Assembly: GCA_000165425.1 (NCBI GenBank)
Contig: CT868429.1
Coordinates: 571,337 to 635,336, forward strand
From: Paramecium tetraurelia
Lineage: Eukaryota
Direction of reading: 5' to 3'
Length of the DNA stretch: 64,000 nt
Positions 15,133 to 29,051 of the stretch are shown here, one piece after another (position 1 is the first letter of the stretch; each line of letters opens with the position of its first letter). The notes beneath the pieces were generated by a model. It had not been told where the DNA came from. It searched no databases and was given only the letters and a program-made list of their open reading frames with translations. A program made the position numbers and the translations under genes.

Positions 15133-16450
15133 TCATGGTTTGATTATTATTATTACTCTTTCAATTTAACTGATTAGAATGGAGTCTTTAACAAAGGAAA
15201 CTTTAGACAAGTTAACCTAATGTTTACATATTTTTTACTATTGTTTTATTTTAGATGTCTTTTCAAAATATTAGTGATTAAGACATTATGAAGCATTGTA
15301 CCTTTTTTCTGGAGAATTCGTCATTTTTTAAAATAAATCAACAATTATTTCGTTCTTTGTTGCTTCTCTGATTATATTTGACTATTTTTCGTGAAGTAAA
15401 GTAAATGTCTTGAAAGAATGAGAATCAAATGCAAACTTTCTTCCTGTTAGCAATATAAAAAATATCTAAGCAAGACTGTAAATATCCACCTGTTCATCAA
15501 AGGGATTTTCCGAATATAGCTCTGGAGCAATATATCCAGGAGTCCCACATCTTTCAATTATATATGGTTAATCGTCAATAAATGTAGAGAATCCAAAATC
15601 AATAACTTATATAGAATTCGGATTATTATTTTCTAATAACATAAGATTATCCATTTTAATATCTCTATGCATAATGTTGTGTTTATGAAGAAATTTAATT
15701 GCTAACAGAAGTTTTTTCATAATTTTTCTAATATGAATAAACTATGGGCAGAAATTATTTTAGGCCATATAGGAATTTAAAGTACCTCCTTCGCAAAAAT
15801 CGAAAATTAGAATAATCTTATCCTTTTCTTGATAAAATTCTCTTAATTATATAATGGATTCTTATGCGTATTAACTCAAGTATTGGCATATTTTTAATTC
15901 ATTCAATATGAGTTTCTTTATTAAATAAAAAACTTACCTTCTATTAACGTTCGATATTTTGAGTTAAATTAAACCTCTTGGCGATGACTTCAATATTCAA
16001 ATATTTATTATAACATTTAGAAATCTAAACATACTTATAAATATATATTACATCTCCCTATTTAGTTTTTTTTATTGTTTAAATTTTATTGTAATGAGAC
16101 TTGAAGTTTCTAAAAAATACCTTCCCATTAAGGTGTTATTTAAGGTTTAGAATGATTTACTTTGATCCTTTATAAGTCTAAGAATAATTTTCAGTAATAA
16201 CAATTACTTCGCAATAATTGCCATTCCTATGATAAAATGGAAGTTATACTCTAGTTTCCATTCAAAAATTGCATCTTGTGAACAATAATCAACTTTCAAT
16301 TCATCTATATCGCTTATCTTGGATATTTATAATTTATATTACTTATATCGTCAAGTAGGTATCATAAATAGAAAATTTCGATTATATAACTTATCCTTCA
16401 TTGCAGAATGATAGATAACAAGTAAAAATATCAGAATTAGAAATCTTCAT
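15133..16450 (-). CDS. CAMK-like Ser/Thr kinase lacking Gly-rich loop, divergent N-terminal domain
   Basis: VIAK, DFCEGGTL, HRDIKMDN, IDFG, RCGTPGYIAPE, VDIYSL. Subdomain I reads KILNNKKTKQGDI. Three short introns; 3' end approximate. Confidence 0.85.
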
Positions 16451-16670
16451 ATAGGAATTAATATTTAATATATAATTGTAGTAGTAGTTTATTCCAAATT
16501 AATACATTTGAATTGAGAAATTTAGATATTTTCGAAATTCCAAGTAATTAAGATATGAGGTTTAACTTTTAATGATGCATGTAAATCTGTATGATTCTAC
16601 TCAAATCATATTTCATTTCTTGAAAAGTATTAAATCGAATTTCGATGTAGATTTTGGATTTACTATTTTT

Positions 16671-16937
16671 TCAAGTAAGGTTTCTTGGTTTTTTATGAAG
16701 CACTAATTTTTTAGACAAATAAATAATAGTGAACAGTTATGGATGTAGTTTCAAATAAAGTGATTTTTATTTTAGATATTGATGTGCTAGTGCTGTTTAA
16801 ATTTTCCCTTAATTGATGCACGTATTTAGATTTTAGTTGACCTGAAATTTTATTGATTTCAGAAACCGTTATGCTCTAATTTGTTTTGAGTTAGCAATAT
16901 ATTCTTCTGTTTTGATTTCTTGGTCACAGAGTATCAT
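16671..16937 (-). CDS. Small hypothetical ORF (88 aa)
   Basis: ATG to TGA code-6 ORF MILCDQEIKTEEYIANSKQIRAQRFLKSIKFQV...; no recognised motif. Confidence 0.3.
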
Positions 16938-17025
16938 AATATTATGATGATTTTTTGAAAATATAAATGTAAATTAGAATAATTCATAATTAGAAAGAAA
17001 TGTAAAAATAAAATATTAAAATAAA

Positions 17026-18241
17026 ATGAATACCTAACTAGCCCAAATTATCAAATACACTCCTGTGAGTGAATTCAAGGTTAGCTTGAAAAAACTAGTT
17101 AATTTTGAAGAGAAGTATTATTTAATATTAGTTGCATTAGTTAATTCACATTTGAACCTATGGATCTAGACAGCGTATTTATGTGTGAATTATTGAATGA
17201 ATACGAAAAGAAGGATGATGAAAATTTAAAGGCTTGGGTTAAGACTGAAAAATACTTATTATCTAAAAATGAGATTGATGTTGAGCATTTCTTTGAAAGA
17301 TAATATTTAATGTTAATGAAAGAGCTAGATAAAGAAGTCTACTTTCAATTAAACGAATAATTATTCAAATTCAGAGTCAGACTAAACGGAGAATTTTCTA
17401 TTATTTTTCGATTAAAATAGTTCGAAGCCTTTGAGCAATTATTGAAAAAACAAATTCAGCATTTATCCCCTAGAATGACAATATCTTTAAGGAAACAAAT
17501 TCAAAATCGGAAAACTCTCTCAAATCGACCTTCTAGTTTGGGTAAGATGTTTCTAAGGGCATTTAGTAAAAATAATATTGAAATTGGTAATGTGTTTATT
17601 TTTACATAGAATCTCAATAATAATAAGAACCACTATTTACTTTTAAGAATATAAATGGTTTAGATTGTTATCAGTTGAATGAATTTGATTAATTTTCTAA
17701 GCAAGAACAACACATTATTTTGAATGTGTCCTCCTCCCATAATAAATTAGTTGATGATTCAGATGAAGATGGAGAAATCGAAGAATTTTAACTAGACACA
17801 ATTAAAATCAAGTAAAATGAAATTAAGAATCATAAAATCATGTAAAGATAGCAATATCTAGAATACATATATGGTAATTATGTTTATATAATAAATTAAG
17901 GAAATACGAAAAAATTAGAATCAGTCATCATGTCGTCTATTCCTTTTAACACAATTTAAGAAATCGAAAGTGAAAATATGATAAGCATAACCACTTTACA
18001 AAGACCATTATTAAATAGTTAGTCGGCTGAATCAGTTTTAATTTATGGTAACAAATTACCAAATAAGAACTTTATTCCTAAAGAAAGAGATTTGTGGAAG
18101 ATTGCTAAGCAATTACTTAAATAAAAATTCAAGCTTTTTTCAAGCGAGCATCTTCTAAAAGCTCAAACTCCATTAAGAATACATAAGAATGCACAAATGA
18201 AGAAAAATCTAATGAAAATCTATAATAATGATATTTGTTGA
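17026..18241 (+). CDS. Hypothetical protein; the same frame continues past two in-frame TGAs to 18754
   Basis: MNTQLAQIIKYTPVSEFKV...ENLKAWVKTEKYLL...; three short introns. First TGA at 18239; the frame stays open from 18284 to the TGA at 18752. Confidence 0.6.
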
Positions 18242-18781
18242 CAAATAATTAAAGTAAATACATAGTGGAAATGTTCTTATTGAATTTCTTTGACTTATGA
18301 GAATTTTATACTTGTCTTATTATATTCTTTATAAATTATAATATAACTAATTAACTAGACTCATTATAAAGAGTTCTAACCAACTATTTAAATAAATTGT
18401 CTTTGTTGTATAGAAAATAAGAGACATTCAGACTTATAAAAATTTATTTTCATTTGTTTAATAATTTTAAAGACATTTAATTAAAATATAAGTTTATAGT
18501 GTATAATAATTGATTATTTGTAAGAGTTGGTATAACAGAAAGCACAGCATTCCATAAAAACAACATTATTGGGATTTTTTACAAAAGGATTGTGTGAAGA
18601 TGAAGAAGGATCCCTTAATAACATTTTGGGCAATTATTCTTATGAAGTACAACAAAGCAGATAATCAGATTCAATAGAGGATTTGATAAGGGCGGCAAGT
18701 GAGTTTTATTAAATAATTTAATTGCAAAAATTAGGAGATAAAGAATATTAATGAATTGAATAAGAGATGAACATTATATTG

Positions 18782-20180
<1,399 letters not shown>

Positions 20181-20219
20181 AAAAATAATTTAAATAATTA
20201 ATTGAACAAATAATAATAT

Positions 20220-21204
20220 TCATTAACTTTAGAAAGGTTAAACAGAATTCTCTTACAATGATATCTCCCCTTATTTTAATTATTAGATTGAATCATCTGG
20301 GTAGTTCCTTGGTTATTGTTACTGAGATTGAATGACTCTTAGACTTTAATATTTTATAACGAAGGGAGACTTTTGTGCGTGTCTGTTGAATGGACTACTC
20401 TCAGTTTGTTTCTATGTCTACAATAACCTTTTCAGTTCACTTTCCGAGAATTCCTATCTGCAGACAGGACAATTAGTATTCTTCTTAGTCCTTCAATTTA
20501 TATTATTATTTACCATTCAGATAAGCATTAATCATGAAATATATGGTGACATATGGATTCTCGTACAAATTCATCCTTTTTATATGCATTGAGACATACA
20601 CAGCATTCCTCACCTATTATCTCAGTTATTGCCTTCTTGGCTGGCATATACTCATCCAAAGTCTCTCTATTTAAAGCTGGAACTTCCGAAGCTATCACTT
20701 TAAATTATTTTCTCAAATGAATGTAAATGGATGAAATTATTAATAAAGCTAATAGAAGAATGCCCACAATCACTAAAATTGCCCACAGAGGAAAGGAATC
20801 CGATTCGTTACTTATCTCCTCCAAGTACATTGTCATTCTAGCCTAGGATGTAATATTAAAGTTATAAATTCCTATCACGATTATGTAATTTGTTTCGAAC
20901 TCTTATCTCTTTAAATCCACTTTGTAAGAGTAAAGCTATGGTATTATGGTAAAATAGGAATTGAAAGAGGGCAATTCGGTTTGATAGGGCGTATCTGCTA
21001 AAACAAAGGAGATTCCAATGTCAGATTCGTTATTCTCCAAGTACAACTAATGCTTATATTCAAATTAATACTGTGTAGTTAGTCTTATCGAGCATATAAT
21101 ACATATAGATCCAACTCTAGTTTGGAACTGTAAAGGATTTTAGTGATGTTTATTGCTAGTCTATTTATTTATCGCATTTCAATGAAAAGTAAGGGAATAT
21201 GCAT
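20220..21204 (-). CDS. Single-pass transmembrane RING-H2 E3 ubiquitin ligase
   Basis: TM segment FPLWAILVIVGILLLALLIISSIYI followed by CCVC...CHHIFHDQC..W...CPVCR (C3H2C3). Start approximate; TGA at 20220-20222. Confidence 0.85.
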
Positions 21205-21951
21205 TAGTTCTTTGGGTTTGGTTATTCTATTACGTAAATTGAGTAATTAAAACTTACTCTATTTTAATGAGTATAATTGCAGATTTATTTATATTGGACA
21301 TCTATTGTAATTTTGTTAATCTACTAGATATATATATTTTAGTAAGGCAGTTTAGAATAAAAAGCATCAGAATCAATCGCTTAATATGTTTTGTTGTTTT
21401 TAGTTTATTATATATTTAATAACAATGAGTATCTTTAATCTATCGGGAATTGAAGAATATATAACTTTTATGATTTTATTGATGTTCATACCTGTATTTT
21501 ATAGGAGTTCATTTGATTTAAAGTAATATTCATATAGTTAATTTCTGAATTATAATTATTGGAGTACAGAACAGACTCACACCTAAAATTTGATATCAAC
21601 AATAAAATTAACATATATTAATTATTTAATTAATTATTAAAATGCAATCAAGTGACTACATTTCAATCCACCTTTGTCATTCAGAATAGCAATACCTTTT
21701 ATAGTTTAAATCTGATTTTTTTATGGAATCAATTAATTAAATGCTTCTTTATTTATATGCTTTTAAGTCACATTAAAATTTTATTATTCTTGTAATAGCA
21801 TAGAATTAATGAAATTTATTGTATTTTCTGATAATATTTATCAGCTGCCCTTTATTTTATAAGATTAACATATTAGAACAGAGAGTAGCAATTCATTCAT
21901 GATTAAAATAACTAAAAAGTGTCAATTTATAAAAAATAATTAATATTTACA

Positions 21952-23033
21952 TCAATTTTATTTAGTCTTGTTAATGATATCGGATAAAATAGTTTGATCA
22001 AGATATTTCGATTTTTAATTAAGTTCTTTTTCGAACTTTTTTGTATCATCTTAATCTACTCCTAATTCCAGTCTATTTTTAGATTAAGTCTTACATTTAT
22101 TTTATATGTGGTTTTTATCCATAGAGCATTTATAGTTCTGGTGGCAAAAATTCAATATTCTTTTTGAAAAACATATTTATATCATTATTTTATGGAAGAT
22201 CTCTAATTGGTTAATAAGGTTCAAAAGATGGATAGTCCAAATATGAGATCAATTTCTATTTGAATTCTTATGATAATGAAATAGTTTATTACCTGTTTAA
22301 TCATCTAAAAGTAATTTTTATGCAATTCGAAATCTCTTTTCGTATGCTTTTTATATTTATTCTCTAATTTAATTTCCTATTAACACAAAGTTTTCTTTGT
22401 CCAATTTATTTTCATAACAATAACCTTGTACGAATTCATCTATGCTAATAAATTAATTGATTATCAATACTAATCAAATGCATTCTCTAAATCCCACTAT
22501 ATGATCTCTTTTATTTTTGATGTATGTATTTGTAAATTAATCATGGAATCATTTTTATCGATAAATGACTCAAATGCCAATATGTCTTAAATATGTTTAT
22601 ATTTTTTGTGATCCTCTATGGCTTATTTTACTTAAAGTTAACAATCTTCAATAATCTCTAATTTATGATAAACTATCTATATTACTGTGTGCTTCAATTG
22701 CAGTTAGCTTTGTTACTTTTTTGGGGTACTTATCTTCTAATAAATCTGTTATGATGACGAAGAGATTTCTAAATAATTAATCATCTGAATAATCATCTTC
22801 AAAGTCCCACAAAATTTATTCCTCTAAGAAATGGTCTCCTTAAGATTAAGTGAAGTTATGGGAATGCTCACTTTGATGGGATATAGGTTTTGAGCCATTA
22901 TTTGCATTCCAGGGGGATATGGACATAATTTAATGTTATTTTGCCATTTTTCATTTTAAGACTTAATTTTGTGAATTTTCTTTTTAATGCAATCAAGTTA
23001 AGCGATTGATTCAGATAGTTTTGTGTTCTGCAT
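21952..23033 (-). CDS. SNF5/SMARCB1/Sfh1-like chromatin remodelling subunit (with frame break)
   Basis: Two SNF5-type repeats: NLYPIKVSIP..FLEEQILWDFE..QVKQAIEDH and SMINLQI..KEIIQWDLE..DEFVQGYC..L.KENFVLIGNQIREQI. A -1 frame change near 22845 is needed to read repeat 1. Confidence 0.6.
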
Positions 23034-23347
23034 TAATAACAAAAAATTAAAAATTAAAAATATTTAAAATCTTTTTAGAATATCAATTATTTAAAGATAT
23101 AGCTAAAATGATTGAATTGGTTTACATTTACATACTAAAACATCATTAAATATTATATTATTAATTATACTCAAAAATCATCAACGTTTACACGCCTATC
23201 TTGTATTGTTTTACATTCTTTTTCGATTTCCCTTTGATAACCTTTCAATTCCTGTAATATTTTTAATATTTGGTATCAAATTGTACCTAAAATTATATAA
23301 TATTGATTTCTATTCTTCTTGTTTTATAAATCTGATGTCTAGTAACA

Positions 23348-25060
23348 ATGATTTAAGGTATACACCAAAAACAATGGAAATATAATTCATCTATTAAATA
23401 ACAATTAATTGAATCTTCTGATGGTTAATTTTTCCATTTAGATTTATCTCAACAAATGTAGGGTAGTATCCACTTCTTATTCAATTTCCATCTTAATGGG
23501 TATTTTTGCTTAATTATTAAGTTTACTATAAATATTATGAGAAAAATTAATATAATTGTTGCTAGGTAGTAATCAAATTGGTTCAAAGCTAAAAAGAATA
23601 AGCGAATACAGCAGCATATGCAGCATAATAATAAGGAGCTATGGCAGCAGCAATTGCATAGGCAGCCCCTTATGCAGCCATGGGTATTTCCAATAACGAT
23701 AAAACCATAAACACCACCTCCGCCTCCTGATCCACCTTCATTAGGGACTGAACCAGAGCCTTCAGAATATAATGATCTCTTTACTTATTCAGGGTACTTT
23801 GATCCTTATAATGACGATGTTCACGCTTTTATGATTAATGGAAAGAGAAGGAAAAGACACAGAGTGAATTGTGGAAGGGATAGGAAAGGAAGGTATTGCG
23901 ATTTTAGACGATCACATCATCAACATGGTTTATATAATAGAGATTGTATTCATTATGCAGGGTCCTTGGAAATCTTTGGAGTCTGGTAGTGTGGTTCAAG
24001 AAAATAGTTATCAACTGGGGCAGTTATAAGATTTTTGGTGGAACTTCATGAGCTTGTACTTGCTTACAAATAATAAAAAAATGATTATGCAATTCAAAGA
24101 TTTTAAAGAGTAATGGAATACAATAGAGATCTTTATGCTAAATTAAAAAGGGCATTCAAAGCAAATATCAAGAAAAATATTGAATTCGTGATGGAAATAT
24201 TAAATAAAACAAATGAATAAGTTATTCAGAACTTCCAATAAATTCTAGACATGTCAAAGGAAATCTTGGCTGATATAAGAAAAGAAAGAGAAGATGAATT
24301 AGAGGAATTAAAAAGCTAGTTATAAGAGTTGTTAGAAAATTTCCCACCTCCCTTAAGCATATGTTAATAATTAAGAGAATGCGATTCTTGTCTGTCTAGA
24401 GAGGGATGCATTTGGTGCACTGAGGAGTAAACGTGCTAGGAGGGAAATGCAAGAGATGGAGCATTTTTTAACAGTTGCGACATTTGGGTAAGTGGATCAG
24501 AGTGTCCTGAAGAGTCATAATATAAATTAGATAAGAAGGTTAGTTATAAGGATGAATTGGAGGATTATTATAATTAACCAGATTTGGAATTAGATTAGAA
24601 ATTATACTTAGCATCTAAGCAAAGAGATATGATTTAATTGAAAAATTAAATTGAAAGTAGAAGAGTTGTTATTGATTAAATGATAAGTATAGAAAGAAAC
24701 TTGAAATAGAGGAGCATATAAATTATTGATGAATTCGCAAAGAATAAAGAATATGATGGAGAATTTTTAGCAAAAATTGTTGATGAGGATGCTGAAGGTT
24801 AATGGTCAGATTACAAGAAAGAAACTAAAAAATTATTTAAGGAAGATCAAGAAGCAGAAAAGTTAAAGGATGAAGAAGAACTTGAAAAAAGAAAATAATA
24901 ATCTGAAAAAGACAAGAAAAGAGAAGAATTTGAAAAGTAGGAACTAGAAAAAAGAAACGAATCTACTGTCATCAATAAATCTAAATATAAGGATAGAACT
25001 AGTGTAGAAGATGTTTTGGATAAAGAACAGGGAAAATTAGAAAAATAGGAAGAAAAGTGA
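23348..25060 (+). CDS. PSI-domain and coiled-coil protein
   Basis: Pro-rich segment, then CQQLRECDSCLSREGCIWCTEEQTCQEG...CDIWVSGSECP (PSI motif), followed by an E/K-rich coiled coil. TGA at 25058-25060. 5' end uncertain; probable frame break near 23686. Confidence 0.65.
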
Positions 25061-25784
25061 TTTACAATTAAAATAATTAATTAACTTATTTAATTTGTTC
25101 ACTTCACTTTCAATACTCAAAGTACTCTTTATCCACTTAGTATTAAATTACTAAATTATTATTTAAATTATTTGTAAAACACAAAGAGGACTGTTGAATC
25201 AAAAATAAAAATAGTACTTTTTAAAATTAAAAATTAACAAAGTCGTTCTAGAAATAGTTAACAAATTATGTAGAATATTTTGGTTGTTTACCCTAATAAT
25301 TGTATTTAGTAAATTCTTCAATAATATTAAAAAATAATAAATCAGCAAATTAATAAGTTCTTGATAGATTCCCTTTAATTTCAATAGTTATTTATAAACC
25401 ATAATCTTTTAAATAAGGATTGACAAAAATTCTGTTTAAATTCTGTTGGGAAAAGTCTGGATGATAATTGCACTCATTTCAATTTGTTTAAAATAGATAA
25501 GAAATATTAAAAGTAACTAAAAACAAAAGTTTAGTTTAAAATAATAATATAAACTTCATGAACTAAAAGAATCTTAATAATTTGTATTAAAAAGAGTTTG
25601 AAGAGTTCGACAACTTAAACTATAAAAGAATTCGTTTTAATTTTATGATTATTTTATAAATAATTCTCCTGTACATTATGTATTTATTTAATTAGATCAA
25701 TAAAGTATCTAGTTAGAAAGCATTTAATTATACGATGTATTGAAATAAAGAATATATATTATTTTATATAACTAATAACCTTAA

Positions 25785-27931
25785 ATGCAGTAATAATAAT
25801 AGCAATTAAGATCATCTTAAATTAGAAGGCAATCGTCCAACAGTGCACTTGATGAGCCATTCCTAAAATTTTTAGCTGAGAGCAATTATTTGGAGAGTGA
25901 ACAATCATCACAAGAAAAACATCAAAAATTAACAAAATGCAAAACTGAACATTCACTTTAGCCAATTTAGTTCATCAACTCCAATTCATTTACTGTTAGC
26001 GATAAAAAAGTATGTTCAAATTTCAAAATTATAGTTTTCATTCCCATCAAATGAAATTCTTGAATGGGAAACTCTATAAATAACTTTGCCACCAGAAGTT
26101 TACCAATTTCTGTTGTATATGAAAACCCAATGCAGCAATGGTACCATCGTTTACACAAACGAATAAATATAAGGTTTGTTAGATGATAGTAAAGTAATCA
26201 TGTATAGATAGATATATCCAAAATAGTAAAAATTAATTAGATTTTTTTTAAAAATTGATCGATAAAGGATGGATATCAAAAACAACAAGATTATTTAATG
26301 ATATGGCAATTAACTTTTATGCATTATCAGTTAAGAAGTTAACTTATGAAAATTTAGTTTGGATAATTAGATCCATCAAAAGAGATTTAATCACTCCAAC
26401 TGAAAGATTGGTACAAAGTAGAATCAAAGAATGTTATGGTTTGAAGTACAATCGAATAGAATGGGAACTAGTTATGAATTAGCTCAAAAATCAAAAACAA
26501 TAAATTAAATTCCGTTCTTCGAATGGAAAACTAATTGAATTGCCGTTGCTTTAAGTCAAGAACATTAAGGATCCATTGATACAAGAAGAAACATATGGAA
26601 TTTATATTTATTAACAAAATTGGATTGTTGAAGATGAATTTCAACCAGAATTAGATAAAAAATAGGAATGGACTATCTTTATAGAATTTTTGATGGACTT
26701 TTTTGCTAAAACAAATGCTTAGAATAATAAAATCTTAAAAGGAGGGAGATATGGCTGTGCTCAATTCATTAAGTTATTAGGACCTAAGAAATTAAGAGAA
26801 TTATCTCTTGGTAGACTAACACTCTATGTCTAAATGGCAGTTAATAAAAATTATATCAGATATAACAAAACTATATTAATACAAGAAAGTAGAGAAAAAT
26901 CAGAACATACAACTGATAGTTCTGTGGATGGTGATCCTTAAATTAAAATAAGAGTCTAAGAATTATAGGAGTAGTTGATAGAGTTGCTATTGGAAAATCC
27001 AGATGGGTATGATCTAATAATTAAATAAGAGTGTATCGTTGGCATAAATACCTACATTATTAAAAGAAAGAGTCAATTTTGAATTGAATTTGATTGAATT
27101 GGGATTTCCAAAACTCAAGAATTTCATAGAAAGTGTTAAGGATGTCATTACAATTGAAAACAGCGGTCGAAATAATTTTATTGCTAAATTGAATTACTCA
27201 AAGTTGCCAAAAAAGTATTAAAGTAATTAACAATGATTATATATGTAGAGCACAAATAAAGTGAATCATTTAATTAGAAATATATTTTCACTGTCTTGTA
27301 AATGATAAAAACCATTTTGAGTAAACATAAATATGGAATCAGCATTAATTAACTATACTATGATCTATCTTAATAATTGGGAGAATGGTTTAATTATTAA
27401 AGGTTTTAATGCTAAAGCTTTTTTTAATTTTTATAAAATTATGCTGAAAATATTTTAGTGATTGTTTGTTAGAAAGGAAATCAATACTTAATTTATGAAA
27501 GAGACTTAAGATTTCTACCACCTCCATAACCAACTTAAGATATTAATGATCAATAGTTTGAATATATCTTAAGTGAAGCCTTTTAATGTAGTTTAGGCTT
27601 ATCAATACCATAATCTAGTTTCTCAAGTAGTTGGCTTGGTAAGGTTGGAGATTCTTAAATTAGATAAAAGTCACCTCCTCGGATTGAAGATTCTCATTAG
27701 GAAATTAAAGATAATCTCAAATTTATTGATGAATTATTAGGTATTATTTCAATTTGATATTTAGGAAATGAAAATAAGTAGAATGATACTTATTCTATCC
27801 AAGATTGGTCTGAAAAATCTATGAATCCTTTAGGAATGATCAGCTCAATTAATTATGGACATAGTGAAATATAAGATTTTGATCTAACAAAGGAATTACA
27901 ACAATAAAATTAAGATTTAAAGAAAAAATGA
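25785..27931 (+). CDS. OST-HTH-associated (OHA) plus OST-HTH/LOTUS domain protein
   Basis: WIIRSIKRDLITPTERLVQSRIKE; KGGRYGCAQFIK...LSLGRLTLYVQMAV (OHA motif); LIELLLENPDGVSLAQIPTLLKERVNFELNLIELGFPKLKNFI (LOTUS winged helix). Several short introns. Confidence 0.8.
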
Positions 27932-28337
27932 AAACTGTTATTTTTATACTAATTTGTTTACAAATTATGTTTAATGTATTCCTTTAATAGCTAATTGAAA
28001 TTAAATTCCTTATGGAATTCTATTAAGAAATTTTTAATTTTATATAAAAATAAATAAATTCCTATACTAGTCAGCCATTTTCTTTTAAACATTAACTTAA
28101 ATATTGTTTCTTTGTATCTTTGATAAGAGAATGTATACTATCAGTTTGATATATTATAAAATATTATATTTCAGACCGTTTACTTTAATTTTTGACAAAA
28201 TTTCATTAGAAACCATTTAGTCTTATAAAATTGACTTTCTGGAAATAATTCAAACATATTCTTAATTCACACCTTTAATAGTTCATTTAATTAAAATTAA
28301 TTTTATTAATTATTTTATCAGATTTTTTCAATAGAAA

Positions 28338-29003
28338 ATGCAAAACAGCTTTCCCTTAGAGCCAGATCGAGCTCTTCAAATTTAAAAGGTAAGAAAATTA
28401 TTTCCATTTAATTTGAATGAAAATTGCATAACATATTAATCTACAATTGATCTGAATTCATTTATTATGGAATATGAATATGATGAAAACATTGAGAAAT
28501 TAAGGAATCGCTTAAATCTATTGTTTAAAATTTTTTATAGAATAATAGAATAATTAATTAAAATTTACTAGATAGTTAATATAACTAAATTAAACGTGAA
28601 AAATATATTAGTCGACTTTACTAAAGATGCTTCACAAATAGTGCACTTTATTAATCTTCATGAAAAGGACAATCTAATTTCATTTGATGAGAATTTATAA
28701 GAAGTAGCAATAATGTGCATGGATGTATTAAAATATCATTAGAATTAAATGATAAAGACAATAAATCATATGCCAGATCATAAATCTATTGAAGAATCAA
28801 ATGCATAATAAGAGAATTAAATAATTAAGGAGATCCATTTTGCAACTATCTTATCGAACTAGTTCTTGTATTTATTGTAGGAACCTATGAATTTCAAAGA
28901 TGTTCTTAAATTTCTTGTATAAAACAAAATAGAAATAAATTTTATCAGTCCCTTATAATATAGTAATGAGGAGGAGATTGTATAATATTATGACGATTAT
29001 TGA
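28338..29003 (+). CDS. Hypothetical protein (221 aa, intronless)
   Basis: Uninterrupted code-6 ORF MQNSFPLEPDRALQIQKVRK...QYYDDY-TGA. Confidence 0.65.
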
Positions 29004-29051
29004 TCAAAATTCATTTATTATTTATTTAAATATTATATATATAATAGATCA

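Noticed and set aside
21640..21815. Short ORF MQSSDYISIHLCHSEQQ...
   Set aside because: Only about 56 codons with no motif; cannot be told apart from chance or a pseudogene remnant.
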